A stretch of DNA of 64,000 bases from Ignavibacteriales bacterium (lineage in GTDB: Bacteria > Bacteroidota > Ignavibacteria > UBA10030 > UBA6906): positions 1-64,000 of the forward strand of contig JBBIRR010000016.1 of the NCBI GenBank assembly GCA_037441705.1, written 5' to 3'. Position numbers and translations under genes: made by a program. The first letter of the stretch is position 1, and every line of letters begins with the position of its first letter. The notes under the pieces were generated by a model. That model was given only the letters and a program-made list of their open reading frames with translations. It was not told where the DNA came from and did no database searches. Positions 9,400 to 17,354 of this stretch are shown here, in pieces.

Positions 9400-11087
9400 A
9401 GCGATCTACCTCTTGCTTGAGATTCTGTATGGATGACGATATTCGCCAGAACATCTGAGTTGACGGTGATCGAAGCACGAGACCGAAGATGCCCCACCGC
9501 CGATCGAAATGCCTGCCGCCGACGTTCCTGCGCGAGAACGGCAACGATGTCGCTGCGCGCCTCGTCGAATGATTTCGGTCGGCCCCGCCTGCGCTCCAAC
9601 ACCTTGAACACTGCCCAGTAGGGATCGACGCGCTCAGGTCCCAAGATCTCTCCCACCGAAGCCGCAAAAAACTTTTCTCCCATCGGACCGAACGCCGCCT
9701 GTGTTCCAAAGCCTAACTCGCCGCCCCGTTGTGCGGCCCAGAGACGGATGGAACGCCTTCGCGCAAGCTCTCCAAAGTCCGCTCCGGCCGAAAGCTGTGC
9801 TCTGATCTGTCGCGCTTCCTCTTCCGTCCGCACGAGGATCTCGGCAACATTCACTTCCGGAGGATAGGCAAGATGAGCCTTGTTCGCCTGATACACCGAA
9901 TCCAGAAGTCGCGCATCCCATCCGCTGCTGCCTACGGTATCCTGCACCGAGTCCGCCCATCGGCGCAGGAGAAAACGCTCCCGAACGCTGGCAAGCTGTG
10001 CCTGCACCGCCGAGTCTTTCTCAAGTCCTTCTGCTCGTGCACGCTCCAACAGCACTTCACGCGTCGCAAGGCCGATAGCATAGTCCTTTACGTCATCCTC
10101 GGAATGAACGCGGCGCCGTTGTTTCTCCGTCGTCCATGCGGCGCGTTCCACGAAGTCACGTACCGTCCACAAGCCGCGTGATGTGTGCATGAACTTCATC
10201 GCAGAAATATCCTCCGGCCCCGACCGCGGTTCGCTCAGCGGCACTTCATTGCGAGCCAGCAGCGTCCAGTGTGCAAACACGGTGCGCACCGCCTCGTCGT
10301 TAAACGTTGGGGCAAGACTCTGCACGATTTCGTCCGTCGCCTTGCGTACAAGGTGGTCAATCTTCTTTTCCTGAATTCTATCCGCTAACTTCTGCCGAAC
10401 CTTTGCGTAGTCGTACTCCGATGCAAGCGGCTGCACGATACGGGATTCGGGTTTTACGATAGCGTACCCGATCCGGAGTTTGATGGGATCGGAAATCGTT
10501 CCGACCGGCAGTGTGAACGCCGCCTCTTCAAGCGCAGCCTCCATCTCTCCCCATCCGAACTCACCGAGATATCCGCCGTTGGTTGCAAGGCCCGGATCTT
10601 CAAACACCTCACGCGCCAGGGACTCGAACGTTTCGCCGCTTTGCAGGCGGCGCTTCAATTCCCATGCGCCCTTCTTGGTCTTTGCATACAGATAGCGGGC
10701 AGTCACTCTGGTGTTGAACAGGCGAAACTCCTCCCGCGCCTCCTGCTCGCTTATCCTGATCGTATCAAAGCTGATGCGCCGTGCATAGGCGTCGAGCAAA
10801 GCCTGGCTCATCGCCACTTCCATCCTCCGACGATACACGGAGTCACGATCAAGGCCCTGTGCGGCAACATCGTTGAAGATGAGCCGTTCGTTGATCATGT
10901 TATCCAACACATCATGCCGCAGCTTGATATTGTCCCGCATGCCGCCCTGCCCCAGGAATTGTCCGTAGCGAGCTGCAAATTCGCTGACCGTTATCGGCTT
11001 GCCGTCAACCTCGGCGACGAATTGCTCGCGGCTGCATCCGCCGCCGAGTATCGCCGCCAGACCCACGACCAGCACCGCATGCTTCAT
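9396..11087 (-). CDS. Lipoprotein peptidyl-prolyl isomerase, two PpiC/parvulin domains (SurA/PrsA-like)
   Basis: Lipobox GGGC; VAEVDGKPITVSEF; two rotamase motifs FESLAREVFED..NGGYLG and FGELARRRS..RGGELG; 4-bp overlaps with both neighbours. Confidence 0.85.
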   Translation of the reverse strand: MKHAVLVVGLAAILGGGCSREQFVAEVDGKPITVSEFAARYGQFLGQGGMRDNIKLRHDVLDNMINERLIFNDVAAQGLDRDSVYRRRMEVAMSQALLDAYARRISFDTIRISEQEAREEFRLFNTRVTARYLYAKTKKGAWELKRRLQSGETFESLAREVFEDPGLATNGGYLGEFGWGEMEAALEEAAFTLPVGTISDPIKLRIGYAIVKPESRIVQPLASEYDYAKVRQKLADRIQEKKIDHLVRKATDEIVQSLAPTFNDEAVRTVFAHWTLLARNEVPLSEPRSGPEDISAMKFMHTSRGLWTVRDFVERAAWTTEKQRRRVHSEDDVKDYAIGLATREVLLERARAEGLEKDSAVQAQLASVRERFLLRRWADSVQDTVGSSGWDARLLDSVYQANKAHLAYPPEVNVAEILVRTEEEARQIRAQLSAGADFGELARRRSIRLWAAQRGGELGFGTQAAFGPMGEKFFAASVGEILGPERVDPYWAVFKVLERRRGRPKSFDEARSDIVAVLAQERRRQAFRSAVGHLRSRASITVNSDVLANIVIHTESQARGRSL

Positions 11088-12946
11088 CGCTTCGCTTCCG
11101 CCCGCAGGATGACTCCCGATTTTCCTTGCAGCGTAAGGCTAAGCGCCTTGCTGCCCGCCGTGAACGGCGTCGCGTCGAACACGTTCTTCCACTGCAGCGC
11201 TGCACGTTCGTCAGTCAGAGGAACGGATATCTGCCGGCGCGAGCTTGAGTTGTTCAGAACCACAAGCACCCGATCCTCACCGTACGAGCGAGCATAGGCG
11301 ATGATGTCCCGCGCATCGTCGGCAAGAACCTTCGTGATGTCGCCGAGCTTCAGCGCATCGCTGTCGCGACGGATCTTGATGCATTTGGCGTAATGCGCGA
11401 AGAGGTCGGCGTTGAATCCGTTCGTGTCATCGGGCCGCGGCAAGCCGAACGGATGATGCGACTCGTTCTCGTACGTCATGTCGGCCCACAGCATCGGCTT
11501 GCGATCGTCGGGGTCGTCGGCTCCCCACATGCCGGCCTCATCGCCGTAATACACCGTTGGCGCGCCTACGTAGGTCATCTGGAACATCACCATCAGTTTT
11601 TGTGTCTGCAGCTCGGCAGCATTCGGCTTCCGCACCAGATAGTCCTTATTGTTGGCAACGCTGGTCTCCGCGCCGTCGTATCGAGCGTCGGCGTTCACAA
11701 TTTGCGAACCGAGACGGTCGGTATCGTGACTGCCGAGGAGGTTCATCAGCACATAATTCACCTCCGGTCGGTACTCCGCCCGAAGGCTATCGAGGCGATG
11801 GAAAAACTGGCTGGCAGTGATCTTTCTCGCCTTCGCTTTGAAGAAGTAGCCGCATTCACGCGCAAAGCGGTAGTTCATCACGGCGTCGAATGCATCGCCC
11901 GCAAGCCATGGAGCGGCGTTGTACATTCTTTCGTTCGCGTAATCTTCCCACCAGACTTCGCCCACGAGATACGCTTCCGGATTGATCGTACGCACCCACG
12001 TCCGAAACTCGCGCCAGAACGGAAGCGCGACCATGTCCGCCACGTCCAGGCGCCATCCGTCAACGCCATCGGAGGGGTCACCGTCGCCATTGGGGTCCAT
12101 CCAGCGCCTCACGACGGCATGAATGTGTGCCCGCACCGGTTCTACCAAACCGTTTTCGTCTTCGCGCAGTTCGGGCAGCTCGCGTACTCCGTACCATCCT
12201 GCGTACTCGAACTCGTTCTTCGCTGTCGCCGGATCATCAAATTGCTCGATGATGAACCAGTCCTTGTACTTCGATGCCTTCCCGTTCTTGCGAACATCCT
12301 CGAACGCCCAGAACGTCATGCCGACATGATTGAACACACCGTCAATGACGACGCGTATCCCCCGCCGATGCGCCTCGCGGACGAGCGTGAGAAAGAGTCT
12401 GTCGGCGGATGTCCACTGCCACGTTTCAGGGTTTGCCGGATCTTCGCTCTGCCAGATGCGTCGGTCCCCTTCTGGGTCGGGTCCGAAATTATTGTCGATG
12501 TGGTGATACATCGTTGCATCGTACTTGTGGAGGGAAGGCGACTCGAAGAGAGGATTGAAGTAGAGGGCGTTAACGCCGAGCTGCTGCAGGTAATCGAGCT
12601 TGTCGAGAACGCCCTGGAGGTCGCCGCCATACCGGCGCTGCTGCGCATTATAGTAGAAGCGCTTGCGGTTCTTTTCCTCCCACGGCTGAAGCTTGTACCA
12701 GTCGGCAGTCCAGGATGATACGCGCCATTCGGGAGGCTCTTCGTGAGGCCACGACCCGCGGATGTCGGCCACCGTGGGATCGTTGGATGGATCTCCGTTG
12801 CGGAAGCGCTCCGGAAAGATCTGATACCATACCGCCTCCTTTGCCCAGGCGGGGACGTCGTTGAAGCCCGGCGCTGACGCAAGCACGCGCGAACCCTGCG
12901 CAAGCAGTATCGCGACAAGAGGATATGTAATGAGAAGTCGTAGCAA
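11084..12946 (-). CDS. GH13 alpha-amylase/neopullulanase/cyclomaltodextrinase-type glycoside hydrolase, exported
   Basis: WYQIFPERFRNGD, YGGDLQG, DGVFNH; catalytic DGWRLDVA / GEVW / GSHDT; N-terminal signal peptide. Confidence 0.93.
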   Translation of the reverse strand: MLRLLITYPLVAILLAQGSRVLASAPGFNDVPAWAKEAVWYQIFPERFRNGDPSNDPTVADIRGSWPHEEPPEWRVSSWTADWYKLQPWEEKNRKRFYYNAQQRRYGGDLQGVLDKLDYLQQLGVNALYFNPLFESPSLHKYDATMYHHIDNNFGPDPEGDRRIWQSEDPANPETWQWTSADRLFLTLVREAHRRGIRVVIDGVFNHVGMTFWAFEDVRKNGKASKYKDWFIIEQFDDPATAKNEFEYAGWYGVRELPELREDENGLVEPVRAHIHAVVRRWMDPNGDGDPSDGVDGWRLDVADMVALPFWREFRTWVRTINPEAYLVGEVWWEDYANERMYNAAPWLAGDAFDAVMNYRFARECGYFFKAKARKITASQFFHRLDSLRAEYRPEVNYVLMNLLGSHDTDRLGSQIVNADARYDGAETSVANNKDYLVRKPNAAELQTQKLMVMFQMTYVGAPTVYYGDEAGMWGADDPDDRKPMLWADMTYENESHHPFGLPRPDDTNGFNADLFAHYAKCIKIRRDSDALKLGDITKVLADDARDIIAYARSYGEDRVLVVLNNSSSRRQISVPLTDERAALQWKNVFDATPFTAGSKALSLTLQGKSGVILRAEAKR

Positions 12947-12951
12947 GGGAA

Positions 12952-14025
12952 TCAGCTATTGGGTTCTCCCAATTCAATGCCGCCGTTAAGCTCGGATGTC
13001 GTGAACGCAGGCACTGCGCCACATGTTTTGCGTACGACAAGCTCCGGCAGAAAGGTCGAGAGCTGCGGCGGTGCATCCGGATTCTTCATCCTGTCCACCA
13101 GCATCTGCAGCGCGATAGTCCCCATCGTATGCATGGGCTGCCGCACCGTCGTGAGCTGCGCATGCTTGGCGAGTTCGATATCGTCGAAGCCGACGATCGC
13201 AATATCTTCGGGCACGCGGACGCCAAGCTCACGCGCGGCCTCCAATGCCCCGATGGCCTGCACGTCGCTGGCGATGAACACCGCGGTGACGCGGTCGTGC
13301 CCAACGTTGCGCCGCAAAATTTCCTTCATGGATTCGTATCCCGCGTCGCGGTTGAAGCCGTCCTGCTTTCCATTCGAGGAAATCACGACACGAGCCATGC
13401 TGAACGGAATGTTCTCCTCTTCCAGCGCCGCTTTGTATCCTTCGAGTCGTTCCCGCGCGGGCACAGTCTCCAGGCTCGCGTTGATCATGGCGATGTTGCG
13501 ATGCCCGAGACTGAGCAGATGGCGCGTTGCCTGCATCGCGCCTTCTTTGTTCTTCACCAGCAGCGAGTCGAAACGAGCGTGATATGCATCGACGATCACC
13601 AACGGGAGTTTCATCTCCTCAAACTTGTGAACGTAACTTTCGGGAAACGTCATCGAGAAGAACATCACGCCGTCCACGCGGCCGCCATGCAGCGAGCGGC
13701 GCAGATAGTACTCCACTTCCGAGGGATTGTTCACACCGTACAGAATCAGGTCAATGCCGTATTCGGCGGCTTTGTCCTGCACTCCCTGAAGCACTTCGAT
13801 GAAGAAGTAGTTGGTGAAGAACGGAATGATGGTGGAAACCGTGTTGGCTTTTCGCGAAGCGAGCCGCTGTGCATGGGCATGCGGCTGATAGTTGAGTCGT
13901 TTGGCAACCGCCAGAACCCGCTCGCGCGTCTTCGGTGACACGCTCGGGTGGTTGTTCAGACAACGAGAAACGGTACCAATACCTACACCGGCTTCCCGTG
14001 CAAGATCGTAAATGGTGATGCCCAT
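12952..14025 (-). CDS. LacI-family transcriptional regulator
   Basis: TIYDLAREAGVGIGTVSRCLN HTH; VPEDIAIVGFDD and LTTVRQP sugar-binding domain motifs. Confidence 0.95.
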   Translation of the reverse strand: MGITIYDLAREAGVGIGTVSRCLNNHPSVSPKTRERVLAVAKRLNYQPHAHAQRLASRKANTVSTIIPFFTNYFFIEVLQGVQDKAAEYGIDLILYGVNNPSEVEYYLRRSLHGGRVDGVMFFSMTFPESYVHKFEEMKLPLVIVDAYHARFDSLLVKNKEGAMQATRHLLSLGHRNIAMINASLETVPARERLEGYKAALEEENIPFSMARVVISSNGKQDGFNRDAGYESMKEILRRNVGHDRVTAVFIASDVQAIGALEAARELGVRVPEDIAIVGFDDIELAKHAQLTTVRQPMHTMGTIALQMLVDRMKNPDAPPQLSTFLPELVVRKTCGAVPAFTTSELNGGIELGEPNS

Positions 14026-14060
14026 CGGCGTGAATCAAGCGTAATAAACGGCAAGATCGT

Positions 14061-14074
14061 TGGAAGCGCTTCCA
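14061..14074. promoter_or_regulatory. LacI-type operator palindrome
   Basis: Perfect 14-bp palindrome TGGAAGCGCTTCCA with central CG, typical of LacI-family operators, immediately downstream of the -10 box of the lacI operon. Confidence 0.85.
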
Positions 14075-14075
14075 G

Positions 14076-14105
14076 AAGATAAGGTTAATTTTGAGACTTT
14101 GTCAA
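14076..14105 (-). promoter_or_regulatory. Sigma70-type promoter of the lacI-GH13-TBDR operon
   Basis: Minus strand TTGACA(14105-14100)-N18-TATCTT(14081-14076). Confidence 0.7.
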
Positions 14106-14552
14106 GTAATTTTTTCTGTCGTGCTCACTGGTGGGCGCAGAGGGCGACTTGTCCTTGGTCTTTGCGCTCATGGATTACTTGTGCAATGTCGGTTGTGGTT
14201 TGATCGGAATCTTCACGAGCGCAGACACTGTAATTCAGGCGGGACGGTCTTCCATCACGTTCGCTTCCACACACTTGCACATCAAGAAGCTCGAAGTTCC
14301 AACGCGCTTCACTTGCCGTGTCGTCCCGCGCGAGTTTGAACGTCTGAACCACTCCCGCATTCCATTCTATGTTTCAAGAACGACAGCTATCGCGCGGCAC
14401 TGCAAGAACTCGGCTTCTACCAACTTTCACCAACTTCCGAAAAGAGATCCGTCGCTCTTGGTTGTGTTTTTGTGGATGCGTTCATATATTTTTCGGGAGC
14501 GTACGCTCACTCTCACGGTCACAAGAAGCATTTCACAACACACCGCATCCCC

Positions 14553-15656
14553 ATGGCTGAAGTCGTTCTCGATCATGTTTCCAAAATCTACGACGGCAAG
14601 GTTACTGCTGTAAACGATGTCAACCTGACGATCAAGGACAAAGAATTCATTGTGCTGGTCGGACCGTCCGGTTGTGGCAAATCCACAGCCCTGCGGATGA
14701 TCGCAGGACTTGAAGAGATTAGCAAAGGAACGATCAGCATTGATGGGAAGGTCGTAAACGACGTGCCGCCGAAAGACCGGGACATTGCGATGGTCTTTCA
14801 GAACTATGCACTCTATCCTCACATGAGCGTGTATGAGAATCTCGCGTTCGGGTTGAAACTGAGGAAATACGCTAAGAGTGAGATCGACGGCCGCGTTCGC
14901 AACGCTGCAAGGATACTGGGCATCGAGCAGTTCCTCGACCGCAAGCCGAAGGCCCTCTCGGGAGGCCAGCGGCAGCGCGTTGCGCTCGGTCGAGCCATCG
15001 TCCGCCAGCCCAAGGTGTTCCTGTTCGACGAGCCGCTCAGCAACCTCGATGCAAACCTCCGCGTGCAAATGCGAACCGAAATCTCCCGCCTGCATCACCA
15101 ACTCCAGACAACGATGATCTATGTGACGCACGATCAGATCGAGGCGATGAGTATGGGTGATAGAATTGTGGTGATGAAAGACGGAATTGTTCAACAGGTG
15201 GACACGCCGTTGAACATCTACCACAACCCCGCTAACAGATTTGTCGCCGGCTTCATCGGCAGCCCGACGATGAATTTCATGCCCGGCACCATCGAGCAAA
15301 ACGGGACGCTGAAGTTTGTACAGGAACGGTCCAATCTTGCTCTGCCGCTGCTTGGCGAAACCGCGAAGAAGCTGCAGCCCCGCGTTCGTTCGCGCATCAC
15401 GCTCGGCATCCGACCTGAACACATCTATGCGGTAAGGCCTGCGGGCATCGAGACGGTCGCACCGGTCAAGGCTCATGTTGAAGTGGTCGAGCCGGTGGGC
15501 AACGAAATCTTTGTGTATTTCTCTACCGGCACCGACTCGCAGTATGTCGCGCGCGTGGCAACGGATACTCCCCCGGAGGTCGGGAAGCCTTTCGAGTTCT
15601 ATTTCGACACATCGAAACTGCACTTCTTTGATCAAGAAACCGAGCGTGCAATCTGA
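14553..15656 (+). CDS. Sugar ABC transporter ATP-binding protein (MalK/MsmX/UgpC family)
   Basis: Walker A GPSGCGKS, LSGGQRQRVALGR, DEPLSNLDA, FVAGFIGSP, C-terminal TOBE region; start at MAEVVL. Confidence 0.95.
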   Translation: MAEVVLDHVSKIYDGKVTAVNDVNLTIKDKEFIVLVGPSGCGKSTALRMIAGLEEISKGTISIDGKVVNDVPPKDRDIAMVFQNYALYPHMSVYENLAFGLKLRKYAKSEIDGRVRNAARILGIEQFLDRKPKALSGGQRQRVALGRAIVRQPKVFLFDEPLSNLDANLRVQMRTEISRLHHQLQTTMIYVTHDQIEAMSMGDRIVVMKDGIVQQVDTPLNIYHNPANRFVAGFIGSPTMNFMPGTIEQNGTLKFVQERSNLALPLLGETAKKLQPRVRSRITLGIRPEHIYAVRPAGIETVAPVKAHVEVVEPVGNEIFVYFSTGTDSQYVARVATDTPPEVGKPFEFYFDTSKLHFFDQETERAI

Positions 15657-15749
15657 CCGCGGGTGGCAATCCATCGAACGCCTCGCCGGGAGCCCTCACG
15701 CTCGTGGGATCCTTGCTCCATCTTTTCACTCATCATCGGGAGGTGACGC

Positions 15750-17354
15750 ATGTTTGGGACGCTGTCGTTGAAGGATGCACTGGTTATCGCCTTGTACTTT
15801 GTCGCGGTGTTTTCGATCGGATTCTACTTCTCGCGCCGCCGCAAAACCACGACCGAGTATTTTCTCGCAGGCCGACATGTCGGCTGGATCGCTATCGGGG
15901 CTTCGCTCTTTTCGACCAACATCTCGAGCGAGCATTTCTTGGGGCTTGCCGGAACGGGATCGAAATCGGGCTTAGCCGTCGGTCACTTTGAATGGCTTGC
16001 ATGCTTGATTGTGCTCCTTCTCGGGTGGGTGTTCACGCCGTTTTATTTGAAGACGGGCGTGTTCACGATGCCGGAGTTCCTCGAGCGACGGTACAACAGC
16101 GCTGCACGATGGTACCTCAGCGTCGTCTCGATCATCGCATACATCTTCACCAAAATTTCCATCTCGCTTTATGCCGGCGGCATCCTTCTCAAGGCGGTTG
16201 TCGGTTGGGATATGACGACCTCGGCTATTGTGATTGTGATTGCCACGGGGATTTACACGATCCTCGGCGGGCTTGCTGCTGTGATCTACACCGATCTCGT
16301 TCAAACGGGCGTATTGGTTCTCGGTTCCATGGCCCTGACCTGGATCGGTTTGCAAGAGGCCGGAGGATGGAGCGCGCTGGTTGCCGACACGCCTCCGGAG
16401 TTCTGGAGTATGTTCAAGCCGATGTCCGATCCCGACTTTCCCTGGACGGGAATCGTGTTCGGCGCGCCTATCCTCGGCATCTGGTATTGGTGCACCGACC
16501 AGTACATCGTGCAGCGGGTGTTGAGCGCAAAGAATCTCGACCACGCCCGCGGCGGAGCAATCTTCGCCGGCTTCCTGAAAATCCTCCCCGTCTTCATTCT
16601 CGTCCTGCCCGGCATCATTGCACTGAAGCTTTCCGATGGGAATGTTTCGGGTGATAAGGCGTACGCGTGGATGGTAACGACGTTTCTGCCTTCCGGCGTG
16701 CGCGGGCTTGTCGTGGCCGGACTGCTCGCAGCCCTCATGTCCTCGCTTAGCGGGATGTTCAACTCCACATCAACTCTGCTGACCATCGACATTTTCAAGC
16801 GCCTCCGACCCGATGCTGATGATAGCACGCTCGTGGCGTTTGGCCGCATTACGACCGGTGTGATGGTAGTCCTGGGGTTGGCCTGGATTCCTTTTATCGG
16901 GCTATTGAGCGACGAACGAATGTATGTCTATCTTCAGAGTGTTCAGGCGTATGTCTCCCCTCCTATCGCTGCGTGTTTTCTGTTCGGCCTATTTTGGAAT
17001 CGCGTGAACGGCAAGGGGGCGGTTGCCTCGTTGCTCACCGGACTGGTTTTAGGGGCGTTCCGCTTCATTGTCGAGATTCAGGCAAAGACCGGTTCGGTGG
17101 AGAATGAATTCCTCCTCTACGTCGCATCAGTAAACTTCCTGCATTATGCGGTGTTCCTCTTTCTCGTATCGTCTGCGGTGCTGGTGGGTGTTAGCCTCGC
17201 GACGGAGGCGCCCGACCGCCGAGCACTTCAGCATCTGACGTTCTCCGAGGCGGGAGATATTCATCTTGAAAAAGGAAAATACCACGTTGTCAACGTGCTG
17301 GCTTCGGTTGTGCTCGTTGTGATTCTGTTCAGCTTGTGGTGGACGTTCCGATGA
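15750..17354 (+). CDS. Sodium:solute symporter (SGLT-like sugar transporter)
   Basis: YFLAGR, ASLFSTNISSEHFLGLAG, TMPEFLERRY, WYWCTDQYIVQRVL motifs; many TM helices; SD GGGAGG. Confidence 0.93.
   Translation: MFGTLSLKDALVIALYFVAVFSIGFYFSRRRKTTTEYFLAGRHVGWIAIGASLFSTNISSEHFLGLAGTGSKSGLAVGHFEWLACLIVLLLGWVFTPFYLKTGVFTMPEFLERRYNSAARWYLSVVSIIAYIFTKISISLYAGGILLKAVVGWDMTTSAIVIVIATGIYTILGGLAAVIYTDLVQTGVLVLGSMALTWIGLQEAGGWSALVADTPPEFWSMFKPMSDPDFPWTGIVFGAPILGIWYWCTDQYIVQRVLSAKNLDHARGGAIFAGFLKILPVFILVLPGIIALKLSDGNVSGDKAYAWMVTTFLPSGVRGLVVAGLLAALMSSLSGMFNSTSTLLTIDIFKRLRPDADDSTLVAFGRITTGVMVVLGLAWIPFIGLLSDERMYVYLQSVQAYVSPPIAACFLFGLFWNRVNGKGAVASLLTGLVLGAFRFIVEIQAKTGSVENEFLLYVASVNFLHYAVFLFLVSSAVLVGVSLATEAPDRRALQHLTFSEAGDIHLEKGKYHVVNVLASVVLVVILFSLWWTFR

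Noticed and set aside
14110-14460. ORFs or ncRNA in the lacI-malK spacer
   Set aside because: Translations show no recognisable motif or SD, and no known RNA structure was recognised; treated as a divergent regulatory region
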